From Aeropyrum pernix K1 (GTDB lineage: Archaea > Thermoproteota > Thermoprotei_A > Sulfolobales > Acidilobaceae), in assembly GCF_000011125.1 (NCBI RefSeq), contig NC_000854.2, positions 420,001 to 452,000 of the forward strand: a stretch of 32,000 bases of DNA. The letters are read 5' to 3'. A program made the translations under genes and the position numbers. Of this stretch, positions 1-8,620 are shown piece by piece. Under the pieces are notes generated by a model. That model had not been told where the DNA came from. It was given only the letters and a program-made list of their open reading frames with translations, and made no database searches. Each line of letters opens with the position of its first letter. Within the stretch, counting starts at the first letter, position 1.

Positions 1-3000
1 TATGGGGCTTATCCTGAGCTCCACTTTCCCGGGCTCGTCGACGGTGAAGGTGAATGTCGTGTCCACCCTGTAGAAGGACTGGCCGGCCTCGGGGGTTAGC
101 CTGGCCTGGTAGGTCCCCGGCGGGAGGGAGAGGAGGGCTTTACCCCTGACCACGGTCTCCACGCTATAGCCGAACCCCCCTTCGGGGGCCTGCCTCTCCA
201 GCTCGACGATGTAGGGGAACCCTATCGGCTCGCCGGTTAGGGCGTCGAGGAGCCAGAGCTCCACGGTGAACCTCCTGTACTCTACCGTTAGTACGCCGGG
301 GAGGAGCGCGCCCTCCTGGGTCACGGTCAGCCTGAGCTGCGTGTCTGTTAGGAGCGTGTTCTCCTCGAGAATTTTAACCTCGGCTATGTAGCTTCCAGGC
401 CTGACGCCCTCAAGCCTCAGTATAGGGCCCTCGCCCCGGGCCCTCAGCTCGAGGGGGAGGCTGGTATGTCTAAGGATAAGCTCCACCTCCTCCTCAACTG
501 GGTTGCCGTCTGGATCCGCAAGCCTTATAGCCACCCCGAACACTATGGGCTCCATCTCGACCTCCAGACTAGCGTCCCCCCAGATTTCCAGCGTTGTGCT
601 CGCGGGCTTGAAGCCCAGTGCCCTCACCTCCAGGGTCGCCAGCCCGGGGGGCAGCTGGAGCACCGCCTCCCCGCCTATCCCCTCAACCTCGCCCTCCAGC
701 TCGCCGAAGGGGCCCGAGTATATGTAGGCTACCGAGAACTCGGGGAGCCTAACTGAGAACTCCTTGTCGACAGCAGCTATCTTGACAGCGGCGAGCGGCG
801 GCTTCAAAACCACCTCAACGCCGCCACCCTCCTCCGGCACCACTATGCTGCCCGCGTCAACCGCCACCTCAACACCGGCTATCGAAACCCTGTACTCGGC
901 CCTGTAGACGCCGGGCCTGAGCCTGGCCTCGCCGCCGCCCTGGCTTATCTCAACCTCGAAAGGCCTCTCCTCCTCTATGGAAGCGTGGTCCAGGTAGAGG
1001 GCGCCCCATAGCACCGGCACCCTAGACCCGCCGACATCTGCTGAAACTGTGAACGCGACGTCCACCTTGAGAGGCTCTATGGGGATGTAGACTGTCCCGG
1101 GGGAGCTTATGGCGGCCTCAACGGTGGACCCCGGGTAGCCCTCGGCTGACACCTCCAGCGTGTAGACGCCCTCGGGCAGCACCGCTCTCTCGGGCAGCGT
1201 GAACTCCAGGGGCTCCTCTAAGGTAACGCCGTTGAACGCTATTAGAACTGCCCTGGCACCCTCTATCACCCCCCTCTCAACGCCGAGGTCCTGGTCGTAG
1301 CCCACGAGGTCGACGGTGTAGGCCTTAGGCTTTATCGATATAGACACTGCAGTCGTCTCCTCCCCTATGAATGCTCTCGAGCCGCTTACGGAGCTGCCTG
1401 CAGCGGCCTCTATTATGTACGAGCCGGCCCTCACGCTGGCCACTGCTGAGCCCGTTTCGTCGGCAACCACGGAAACAGGGTCCACTCCCAGGGCTTCTAG
1501 CACGGGGTCGTCGGGCCTCAGGGTCACCGAGGCCAGCCCGGCGGGGGATGGTGGGAGATCCACTTTCGAGGAGCCTATTATAGCGGTGGAGTGGGAATAG
1601 TAGACGTTAACCTCCACCTCCACTACCACAGGGTCGAGCGTTATTGTTGCGAAAACCCTGTCCTGCGCCAGAGTCAGGCTGTACAGGCTCGGCCTATAGT
1701 AGCCGGGCAGCTCGGCCTCGAGGGTGTAGCTGCCGAAGGGCAGCCTTACCAGGGCTGTGCCCCCCTCCACCTGGAGGGTCTTCTGGGATGACTGGCTGTA
1801 CCCGTGCCACGTTATCCTGAGTAGGGCTGAGGGGAGCTCGACGCCCAGGTCCGAGTCGAGCAGGGCTACCTCTAGCTCGCCGTAGATAGGCTTCAAGCCG
1901 AGTTTAACCTGGACACCGCTCCGGCTAGCCTTGAAAAGGTCTATCTCAAGCCTGGCGCCCTCAGTGTAGGGGTGTGTGACGGTGATCTCGTAAACGCCGG
2001 GTCTCAGCAGGAACACCGCCCTACCCTGACTGTCTGTTGTCTGCACCTCGCTCGCCACCTCCACCGGCGTCTCCAGCGGTGTCGCCACTACGAGGGCGTC
2101 TCCAACCCCCCCGACAGCGACGCCTGTGGGGTCGTTGTAGACAGCCTCCACCAAAAGGGGTATCTTGACCGGCTTTAGCGAAAGCGTAACCGACTCTCCA
2201 GCACCCCGCTCGAGGGACAAGCTGGCCTCCGTGTCCTCGTAGTAGCCCTCCAGCGACGATACCAGGATCCTGTAGAGGCCCTCGGGGGCCTCTAGGGAGA
2301 AGCTACTAGAGCGTGTCACGAAGCTCCGCGACTCCCCGGTGAGGAGGTAGGTTAGGGTTACTGTGAAGCCCCCGGGAGCGTCAACCCCCAGCTCGCCGTC
2401 TATAAGCCTGAGGGAGAGGCTCGAGGCCCCGGCGGGGAGGGGTATCTCGAGGGGGCCGGGGGAGAGTATCTCCACGCCGCTGTAGACCGTCTTGCCTAGA
2501 ATGTGGTGCTCCACCTCAACTCTGTAGACGCCGCTCCTGAGTGTTACCTGGGCCTCGCCCTCCTCCCCCGTGTCAACCTCCACCCTGTACCCTAGGCTCG
2601 GCTCCTCCAGCGTGAAGGCTATCCTAGCCCCCTTAATGCTGCCGCCGAAGAGGCCCGTGGGGTCGCTCAACACCGCCCTAACGGTTACCTCGTTGTACGC
2701 GGGCTCCATGAGCACGGTGACTAGCGAGGCAGCCCGCCCCACCTCCGCCTGGGCTTCGGCGGGGCTGTAGCCAGGAGCCTCAACCCTTATGATGTATGAT
2801 CCCGGGGGGAGGGGGATCCTGACGCTGTCGCCCGGCTCCGCAACCCGGGCGCTCCGTCCTGTGGGCGCGGTTATCTCCACCGAGCTGGGCTTGACCTGGA
2901 ACGCCACCCCCGCCTGGTATGCCTCCGCGTCGTAAACCACTATGTCAAGCGGGTACAGGCTAAGCACCGCCTCAACCGTGAACGGCCCCAGCCCCCAGGC

Positions 3001-5475
3001 GGCAACGCTCCCCTCGACCCTCGACACCACCTCCGAGGAGCCGTCAACGCTGTACTCAACCCCGCTCCAGAGTATGGCCGTCGCCCTCCCATCATCCCCG
3101 GTTACGGTAGCGACGGGCAGGGGGTCGGGTGTGTAGCCGAGGTCCTCAGTGGCGGCCTGGGATGGTGCTAGGGTCAGCTCCACCCCCCCTACGGGGCCTG
3201 AGTAGAGATCGTACGCCACCCTGTACTCGGGGCTCGGGGGCGTGGCGGGCACTACAGCCTCCACCACAACCTCCCTTAGGGCGACCTCAATGCTGTCTAG
3301 TATGAGGGGCTGGAGGACCTCCACCTCCCTGTAGAGCTTGCCCAAGCCCGGCAGCTCGACCTCTATAGTATAGTCTCCCCGGGGGACGTAGAGGGTTATG
3401 GAGCCCCTCTCCCACACCTCCTCGTCCACGGCATAGACCTCGCCCCCTGGGCCACGTATAGCCGCTCTGGAGCCGCCGCCCAGGCCCAGATCTCCGGGGC
3501 CGACCTCCCGGGCTCCCCCAACCGTTTCAAGCACAACCCTGAAGTCCAGTATGATTGGGTTCAGGTCGAACCCCGGGCTCTCGAACGTGTATATGGAGCC
3601 GCCGCCCAGGGAGGCGATCACCGCGGGCTCGGCTGTGACGCTGACTATAACGGGGTTATCCAGCCCCGTCTCCACCCCCTGGAACCCGGGGAGGTTCCTC
3701 CATAGGGGCTCCCACCTCCCAACATCCACGGCCTGGAGGAGGCCCTGCTGGCTAGCCACTATTATGTGTGTCTCGAGGTTTAGTATGGAGGTTACGGGGC
3801 TCTCGTCCACCGAGAGGGACCGGGACACTGTGTAGAGCCCTGTGTCCGGCCTATACTTTAGCATGTAGACGTGGCCGCTGGAGGTGCCAACGTATATGAC
3901 ACCTCCCCCCGAGGCTATCTCCACCTCCGTGGGCGCGCCCCCCAGGAATATGGACTGGGGGGCCGGCTTGCCGGAGGCCGGGTAGCCGTTGTCGTCGAGG
4001 TAGTATATGTGGAGGAAGCCCTGGGGGCTGCCCACCAGGAGCAGCTTGGAGAAGTCCTCGAACACCGGGTTCACAGGAGTGTAGACCTCAGCCACCGTAG
4101 CACCCTCGAGGCCGCCGCCCCTTAGGTCCTCGGGCATGGGGAGCCAGGCCATCCACGTGTCGGCGACATAGTCGAACCCTGCCTGGCTGCTCTCCAGAGT
4201 CATGCCCAGCAGTGGCTGGAGCGTCCTCACCCCCGGCTCCAGGCCTAGTATGTCCATGCACGACTCGAGGCTGTCGGCATCGCTCACCAGATCCATCACG
4301 ACTATGTCAAGGTCCACGCTGGAGCCTGGGGGCGGGTCTAGGGTCTCCTCCGCCGCGTAGCATACTGTGCTTACGAGCCTCTCGTTCCCCTGCTCGTCTA
4401 CTAGGTACGTCTCTTCAGTGTAGATAAACACGAGGGTCTGGTCGGAGGCGGGTATAAATGCGTCGAGGACCTCGCTTGGCAGCACGGCAAGACCCGTCTC
4501 CTCGTCGACATAGCCCGCCTCCCCCTCAAGACCCGACCAGCTCGGCTGCACTAGGATGCGGAGGCCCTCCGCCGGGGTTGAAGCCATGTATAGGGTGTAC
4601 CTCGTCAGCACCCCCCTCTCGCTGTCGAGTATCTCCTGGGGAGTCGCGGGAAGTATAGCCCCGGAGGGTGTCCTGTAGAACAGGAGGCCCGAGACCCGGG
4701 CGTCGAGGCCCTCGTAGTATGAGTCAGCGGTGTTGGAGAGGGTGGAGCCGTTCTGCAGCGAGCCGAACACCAGGTAGGCTGTCGAGCCCAGGCTCCACCG
4801 GCCCCCCTGGAGGACTATCTTGTCGCCCAGCACAGCCGAGAAGGGCGGGGAGTGGAAGCCCTTCTCAACCCCCCCGCCGCCTGTGGGGCTGAACTCGACC
4901 CACCCCTCCTCTGTGGGGTCTGCGAAGTACGCAGCCCCACCTCCATCAACCACCACTAACCTTGGGCTGTCTCCCCCGCTCCACACTAGGAGGCTGGTTA
5001 CGCCTAGCCTGGAGGCTGTGTAGAAGTCGGCCCTCACGCTGGGGTTGTCAAGGCTTACGACCGCCACTTCTCCCGTGGAGGTGCCGACCGCCGCCCAGGA
5101 GCCTGTGGAGCCGTCTACCGCGAGCTCCACCGGGTCGCCGACCAGGGCCTGGCTCCAGGATAGCCTCCTAGACTCAAGGTCGACACCCATAATCAGGCTC
5201 CCGAGCCCCGGCGCGGAGCCGGCCGCCACCAGGAGGCCCCTGCCCTCGGAGTACGCCGAGAGCTGGACCGCAACACCCCCGGGCAAGCTATAGCCCCTAA
5301 GCCCGTACACCCTGGTGTAGAACCACTCCAGCTCCTCGCCGACCAGAAGGGCCTGCTGGGGGCTTTCGCCTGGTGCGGCGGAGTAGAGTGGCGGCGATAC
5401 CGCCAGGGCCAGTATAGCAAGCATCGCGAGAGCAGGTAGGAGGCGTATGGGCCATGGCGAGGCGTGTATATTCAA
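1..5475 (-). CDS. giant secreted/cell-surface protein, C-terminus beyond window edge: signal peptide, ~600-aa propeller-like region, then at least 12 tandem ~85-100-aa PEGA / carboxypeptidase-regulatory-like beta-sandwich modules
   Basis: Absent from the ORF track because it has no stop inside the window. My translation of the minus strand (codon triplets at plus positions 1-3, 4-6, ...) is open from the TAA at 5484-5482 down to position 1. I checked it base by base at 1-240, 601-660, 1129-1180, 1681-1740, 2761-2820, 3541-3600, 3841-3900, 4201-4260 and 5400-5484. No other minus ORF of 60 aa or more is listed across 1-5192. Start is TTG 5475 (MNIHASPWPIRLLPALAMLAILALAVSPPLYSAAPG, signal-peptide shaped) or ATG 5424. 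The strand motif P-x-G-x-Y-x-h-x-V...G-Y recurs about every 255-310 nt. Confidence 0.8.
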   Translation of the reverse strand, partial: MNIHASPWPIRLLPALAMLAILALAVSPPLYSAAPGESPQQALLVGEELEWFYTRVYGLRGYSLPGGVAVQLSAYSEGRGLLVAAGSAPGLGSLIMGVDLESRRLSWSQALVGDPVELAVDGSTGSWAAVGTSTGEVAVVSLDNPSVRADFYTASRLGVTSLLVWSGGDSPRLVVVDGGGAAYFADPTEEGWVEFSPTGGGGVEKGFHSPPFSAVLGDKIVLQGGRWSLGSTAYLVFGSLQNGSTLSNTADSYYEGLDARVSGLLFYRTPSGAILPATPQEILDSERGVLTRYTLYMASTPAEGLRILVQPSWSGLEGEAGYVDEETGLAVLPSEVLDAFIPASDQTLVFIYTEETYLVDEQGNERLVSTVCYAAEETLDPPPGSSVDLDIVVMDLVSDADSLESCMDILGLEPGVRTLQPLLGMTLESSQAGFDYVADTWMAWLPMPEDLRGGGLEGATVAEVYTPVNPVFEDFSKLLLVGSPQGFLHIYYLDDNGYPASGKPAPQSIFLGGAPTEVEIASGGGVIYVGTSSGHVYMLKYRPDTGLYTVSRSLSVDESPVTSILNLETHIIVASQQGLLQAVDVGRWEPLWRNLPGFQGVETGLDNPVIVSVTAEPAVIASLGGGSIYTFESPGFDLNPIILDFRVVLETVGGAREVGPGDLGLGGGSRAAIRGPGGEVYAVDEEVWERGSITLYVPRGDYTIEVELPGLGKLYREVEVLQPLILDSIEVALREVVVEAVVPATPPSPEYRVAYDLYSGPVGGVELTLAPSQAATEDLGYTPDPLPVATVTGDDGRATAILWSGVEYSVDGSSEVVSRVEGSVAAWGLGPFTVEAVLSLYPLDIVVYDAEAYQAGVAFQVKPSSVEITAPTGRSARVAEPGDSVRIPLPPGSYIIRVEAPGYSPAEAQAEVGRAASLVTVLMEPAYNEVTVRAVLSDPTGLFGGSIKGARIAFTLEEPSLGYRVEVDTGEEGEAQVTLRSGVYRVEVEHHILGKTVYSGVEILSPGPLEIPLPAGASSLSLRLIDGELGVDAPGGFTVTLTYLLTGESRSFVTRSSSFSLEAPEGLYRILVSSLEGYYEDTEASLSLERGAGESVTLSLKPVKIPLLVEAVYNDPTGVAVGGVGDALVVATPLETPVEVASEVQTTDSQGRAVFLLRPGVYEITVTHPYTEGARLEIDLFKASRSGVQVKLGLKPIYGELEVALLDSDLGVELPSALLRITWHGYSQSSQKTLQVEGGTALVRLPFGSYTLEAELPGYYRPSLYSLTLAQDRVFATITLDPVVVEVEVNVYYSHSTAIIGSSKVDLPPSPAGLASVTLRPDDPVLEALGVDPVSVVADETGSAVASVRAGSYIIEAAAGSSVSGSRAFIGEETTAVSISIKPKAYTVDLVGYDQDLGVERGVIEGARAVLIAFNGVTLEEPLEFTLPERAVLPEGVYTLEVSAEGYPGSTVEAAISSPGTVYIPIEPLKVDVAFTVSADVGGSRVPVLWGALYLDHASIEEERPFEVEISQGGGEARLRPGVYRAEYRVSIAGVEVAVDAGSIVVPEEGGGVEVVLKPPLAAVKIAAVDKEFSVRLPEFSVAYIYSGPFGELEGEVEGIGGEAVLQLPPGLATLEVRALGFKPASTTLEIWGDASLEVEMEPIVFGVAIRLADPDGNPVEEEVELILRHTSLPLELRARGEGPILRLEGVRPGSYIAEVKILEENTLLTDTQLRLTVTQEGALLPGVLTVEYRRFTVELWLLDALTGEPIGFPYIVELERQAPEGGFGYSVETVVRGKALLSLPPGTYQARLTPEAGQSFYRVDTTFTFTVDEPGKVELRISPI

Positions 5476-5491
5476 CCTAGGTTAACCCCTT

Positions 5492-5499
5492 GGGTATAG
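5492..5499 (-). promoter_or_regulatory. TATA-like box (TCTATACC on minus strand) ~20-25 nt upstream of the TTG 5475 start; suggests a leaderless transcript
   Basis: AT-rich octamer in an otherwise GC-rich spacer, at the position expected for an archaeal TATA box relative to the start codon. Confidence 0.35.
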
Positions 5500-5588
5500 A
5501 GTGGCCCGCGGGGGGGTTTATGGTCTTGCCTGCGTAAAGTGAGTGGTCGTGGTGTACAAGGGCGCGGGCCGGGTATCACCCCAGTGTA

Positions 5589-5870
5589 GTGTGGGTGGGC
5601 GTGTTGCGGGTGAGGTGTGTCCAGGAGGCTATTAGGAGGGCCTATTACGATAGGGACGCCTCCAGGGGGCTCTTCCAGACCTTCTCATGGCTGGTGGAGG
5701 AGGTGGGAGAGCTGTCGGAGGCATTGAGGAAGGGTGATAAGGGTAGTATGGCCGAGGAGATCGCGGACGTCATAGCGTGGACTATTAGCATAGCCAACCT
5801 GGTCGGCGTGGATGTGGAGGAGGCCCTCAGATCAAAGTACGGGGGCGAGCTATCGGGCTGCGAAGGCTAG
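5589..5870 (+). CDS. small MazG-like nucleotide pyrophosphohydrolase (all-alpha NTP-PPase)
   Basis: 93-aa ORF. LVEEVGELSEAL ... EEIADVIAWTISIANLVGVDVEEAL..KY matches the EExxE...ExxD MazG helix pair. The true start may be an internal GTG/TTG. Confidence 0.7.
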   Translation: MWVGVLRVRCVQEAIRRAYYDRDASRGLFQTFSWLVEEVGELSEALRKGDKGSMAEEIADVIAWTISIANLVGVDVEEALRSKYGGELSGCEG

Positions 5871-6640
5871 GCGCTCTTGAAGGCCTCCACAACATCGGCG
5901 AGCTTCCCCGGGCTCTCCTCGGCCAGAGTGCCGGTTACTAGCACATCAGCCCCTGCCTCGGCTAGCATCCTCGCGGCCTCGGGAGTCCTAACCCCTCCAC
6001 CGACCGTAAGGAGGACCTCGCCCCCGTAGCCCGCGGCGTCTACGAGCTTTCTGGAGGCCGCCACGGCCTCCGGGGGCACAGGCTTGGGGGCGCCGCTCCC
6101 GGCCTCGAGATATATTATCCTCCCCCCCATCATGGCCCCGGCTAGCGCGTGCAGCGCGGCCAGCTCTGGCTTCTCATAGGGTATGGGCCTGGCCCTGGCG
6201 ACGAAGCCTGCGGCGCCGCCGTACCCCACGATGATGTAGCTCGTGGGTATAGCCTCGAGCCCCAGCTTGAGCGCCAGGGGGGCGCCGAGTATCTGGGCCT
6301 GCACTATGTAGTAGGGGTTGTCGCTGTTCATGACGGTCAGGAAGAGCACCGCGTCGGCGTGCCTGCTGGCGTTGGTGTGGCCGCCGGGGAAGAGTATCAC
6401 CGGCAGGCCTGAGCGCTTCGCAGCCTTCACAACCCCGTCAGTCTCCTCGAACGTGACACCTATGCTCCCGCCAACAAGTATTGCGTCACTCCCCGCCTCG
6501 GCAGCCCTGGCCGCTATCTCCCCTGCCTCGCCGGGCCCGGTCTTGTCGGGGTCTATGAGGGTGAAGTGGAGCCTCCCCCTAGACCTCCTCTCCAGGAGCT
6601 TCTCCAGAAGCCTCCTCCTCTTCACCGCCAACCTCGCCAC
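5867..6640 (-). CDS. geranylgeranylglyceryl phosphate synthase (PcrB/GGGPS family)
   Basis: 257-aa ORF. HFTLIDPDK, ILVGGS, FPGG and a C-terminal GGGV...G.D.LVTG pattern typical of the TIM-barrel GGGPS. GTG start. Confidence 0.85.
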   Translation of the reverse strand: MARLAVKRRRLLEKLLERRSRGRLHFTLIDPDKTGPGEAGEIAARAAEAGSDAILVGGSIGVTFEETDGVVKAAKRSGLPVILFPGGHTNASRHADAVLFLTVMNSDNPYYIVQAQILGAPLALKLGLEAIPTSYIIVGYGGAAGFVARARPIPYEKPELAALHALAGAMMGGRIIYLEAGSGAPKPVPPEAVAASRKLVDAAGYGGEVLLTVGGGVRTPEAARMLAEAGADVLVTGTLAEESPGKLADVVEAFKSA

Positions 6641-6917
6641 ACCCCCTGCCTTCGAAGTAGGCGTCGCTCACAAGGTTGTAGACGTCAACCTTCTCAAGCC
6701 CCTCAGGCACCTCCATCTCACAGCGCAGCCCGCAGTTCCCGCAGACGGCCACGGCCCTCTTGACACCGGCCTTCACGTTGCCCTCCTCATCCTTAGCCTG
6801 GGTCAGGGTTATGGAGAGTGTCAGGCTCCCGCAGCGTGGGCATGTGAAGTACCTCTTGTAAACCTGGGGGACCGTCCTCACCTGCCTTCTCATCCTCTTC
6901 CTACGCCGCCTACCCAA
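6579..6917 (-). CDS. transcription elongation factor Elf1 homolog (zinc ribbon)
   Basis: Basic N-terminus MGRRRRKRMRR, then F-x-CPRCG ... CGNCG ... VDVY...DAY, then an acidic tail. This order matches the Elf1 family. Confidence 0.7.
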   Translation of the reverse strand: MGRRRRKRMRRQVRTVPQVYKRYFTCPRCGSLTLSITLTQAKDEEGNVKAGVKRAVAVCGNCGLRCEMEVPEGLEKVDVYNLVSDAYFEGRGCGEVGGEEEEASGEAPGEEV

Positions 6918-7180
6918 AGTCTACAGGCACCCCTCATGGTAGCAGGGTTTGCCCAGAGCCCTTTTAGCCTTGGCCTGCAACCGCTTGGCCCACTGCTTTC
7001 CAAAATTTATAGTGATTTGCACGTGCTGTAGAGTGCACAACGGGCCTATCTACTGCGAGCCCGTGGGGCCCGGAGCACCGCTCCCATCGCCCCCCGGGCC
7101 TTCCCTGCTACACAACGCTATAACACAATCATATTATTTAAACACCCCTGCACCTCTGGGGGAGAAGGGTGTGATGTGGC

Positions 7181-8431
7181 TTGGCCCAGGGCTTCAAGGT
7201 TAGAGACCTCTCCCTCGCCGGGGAGGGTAGGATGCAGATAGAGTGGGCGGAGAGGCATATGCCCGTGCTGATGAGGCTCCGCAGCAGCATGGGCGGCGAT
7301 AAACCTCTTAGTGGGGTTAGGGTTGCCGCGTGCCTCCACGTCACCAAGGAGACTGCTGTGCTGGTTGAGACCTTGAGGAAGTGGGGTGCCGAGGTTTACC
7401 TGGCCCCCAGCAACCCCCTCTCCACCCAGGACGAGGTTGCAGCGGCCCTGGCGGAGGCTGGTATAGGGGTCTTCGCCTGGAGGGGTATGACGCCTGAGGA
7501 GTATAAGTGGGCCCTATCCACTGTGGCCGGGAGGGAGCCGGATATTGTTATCGACGATGGCGCCGACCTCCACGTCCTCCTGCACGAGGAGATGAGGAGT
7601 GTGGGGGAGAAGGTGTGGGGCGGCACCGAGGAGACCACCACCGGCGTTATAAGGCTTAGAGCCCTAGAGAGGGAGGGGAGGCTCCTATACCCGGTCATAG
7701 CTGTTAACGACGCCCTAACCAAGTTCATGTTCGACAACAGGTACGGTACGGGGCAGAGCACTGTGGACGGGGTTCTCAGGGCTACTAACATACTTATAGC
7801 GGGCAAGACCGTCGTCGTGGCAGGCTACGGCTGGGTCGGGAGGGGTATAGCGGCGAGGTTCAGGGGTATGGGGGCTAAGGTGGTCGTGACAGAGGTCGAC
7901 CCGGTGAGGGCTCTGGAGGCCGCTATGGACGGGTTCACAGTAACCACCATGGATGAGGCCGCCTCCCTCGGGGACGTGTTCATAACAGCCACCGGCAACA
8001 TAAACGTGATAGACGCTAGGCACATGGAGAAGATGAAGGACGGGGCTATACTGGCCAACGCCGGCCACTTCAACGTGGAGATAAACGTCGCCGCTCTCGA
8101 GGAGATGAGCGTCTCGAAGAGGAGGGTGAGGAGATACCTTGACGAGTACAGGCTCCCCGACGGGAGGCGCCTCTACCTCATAGGTGAGGGGAGGCTGGTC
8201 AACCTGGTGGCTGCTGAGGGCCACCCGAGCGAGGTTATGGACATGAGCTTCTCCAACCAGGCCCTAGCAGTGCTGAAGATAGCGGGGGAGAGGGGGAGGC
8301 TTGAGAAGAGGGTGCACAGGGTTGAGAGGATCCAGGACGAGATGGTGGCTAGGCTGAAGCTAGAGACCATGGGCGTGAGGATAGATAGCCTGACGGAGGA
8401 GCAGAAGCTATACCTGCAGAAGTGGAAATAG
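7181..8431 (+). CDS. ahcY: S-adenosyl-L-homocysteine hydrolase
   Basis: 416-aa [31 protein letters not shown] and GYGWVGRG (NAD Rossmann) motifs. TTG start, with an in-frame TGA just upstream. Confidence 0.95.
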   Translation: MAQGFKVRDLSLAGEGRMQIEWAERHMPVLMRLRSSMGGDKPLSGVRVAACLHVTKETAVLVETLRKWGAEVYLAPSNPLSTQDEVAAALAEAGIGVFAWRGMTPEEYKWALSTVAGREPDIVIDDGADLHVLLHEEMRSVGEKVWGGTEETTTGVIRLRALEREGRLLYPVIAVNDALTKFMFDNRYGTGQSTVDGVLRATNILIAGKTVVVAGYGWVGRGIAARFRGMGAKVVVTEVDPVRALEAAMDGFTVTTMDEAASLGDVFITATGNINVIDARHMEKMKDGAILANAGHFNVEINVAALEEMSVSKRRVRRYLDEYRLPDGRRLYLIGEGRLVNLVAAEGHPSEVMDMSFSNQALAVLKIAGERGRLEKRVHRVERIQDEMVARLKLETMGVRIDSLTEEQKLYLQKWK

Positions 8432-8454
8432 CATGGAAACGGAGCTGGAAACAG

Positions 8455-8461
8455 TATTAAA
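8455..8461 (+). promoter_or_regulatory. TATA-like box (TATTAAA) ~39 nt upstream of the tRNA 5' end
   Basis: The only AT-rich heptamer between the ahcY stop and the tRNA. Confidence 0.3.
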
Positions 8462-8496
8462 CCCTGGGAGGAATTGTAGATAGCTGTGGGAGGCCT

Positions 8497-8611
8497 GGGC
8501 CCGTAGCTCAGCCAGGTAGAGCGCCCGGCTCATACCGCCGGGTCTCGGGTTCGAGACAAGCCCGCGTGAGACACCGGGTGGTCGGGGGTTCAAATCCCCC
8601 CGGGCCCACCA
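8497..8611 (+). tRNA. tRNA with CAU anticodon (elongator Met or Ile2) carrying a 38-nt intron at 8535-8572; CCA is genomically encoded
   Basis: Hand-folded cloverleaf: acceptor GGGCCCG/CGGGCCC, D arm GCTC-AGCCAGGTA-GAGC, anticodon stem CCCGG/CCGGG, loop CU-CAU-A[intron]A, variable TGGTC, T arm GGGGG-TTCAAAT-CCCCC, discriminator A. The junctions fit a bulge-helix-bulge: CUCA (8529-8532) pairs with UGAG (8567-8570), flanked by 3-nt bulges UA|C and AC|A. Confidence 0.9.
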
Positions 8612-8620
8612 CATCCTAGC

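Noticed and set aside
466-5293. About 20 plus-strand ORFs of 64-96 aa listed in the track across the first 5.3 kb
   Set aside because: All lie antisense to the uninterrupted giant minus-strand ORF. Their products are Pro/Arg/Gly/Ser-rich low-complexity sequences typical of shadow frames in GC-rich DNA.
6318-7031. 237-aa plus-strand ORF, and similar long shadows (7715-8224 minus, 11641-12207 minus, 14144-14674 plus, 16897-17436 plus, 18163-18798 plus, 19615-20073 plus, 20694-21258 plus)
   Set aside because: Each is antisense to a gene with strong family motifs (GGGPS/Elf1, AhcY, MBL, thioredoxin-like, PpsA, the orphan, TiaS) and encodes low-complexity Pro/Arg/Ser/Leu sequence.
8435-8444. GGAAACGGAG, a 10-nt match to the core of the ORB box, just downstream of ahcY
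   Set aside because: It lacks the CTCCA half-dyad and the G-string and stands alone next to a tRNA promoter. It is most likely chance.
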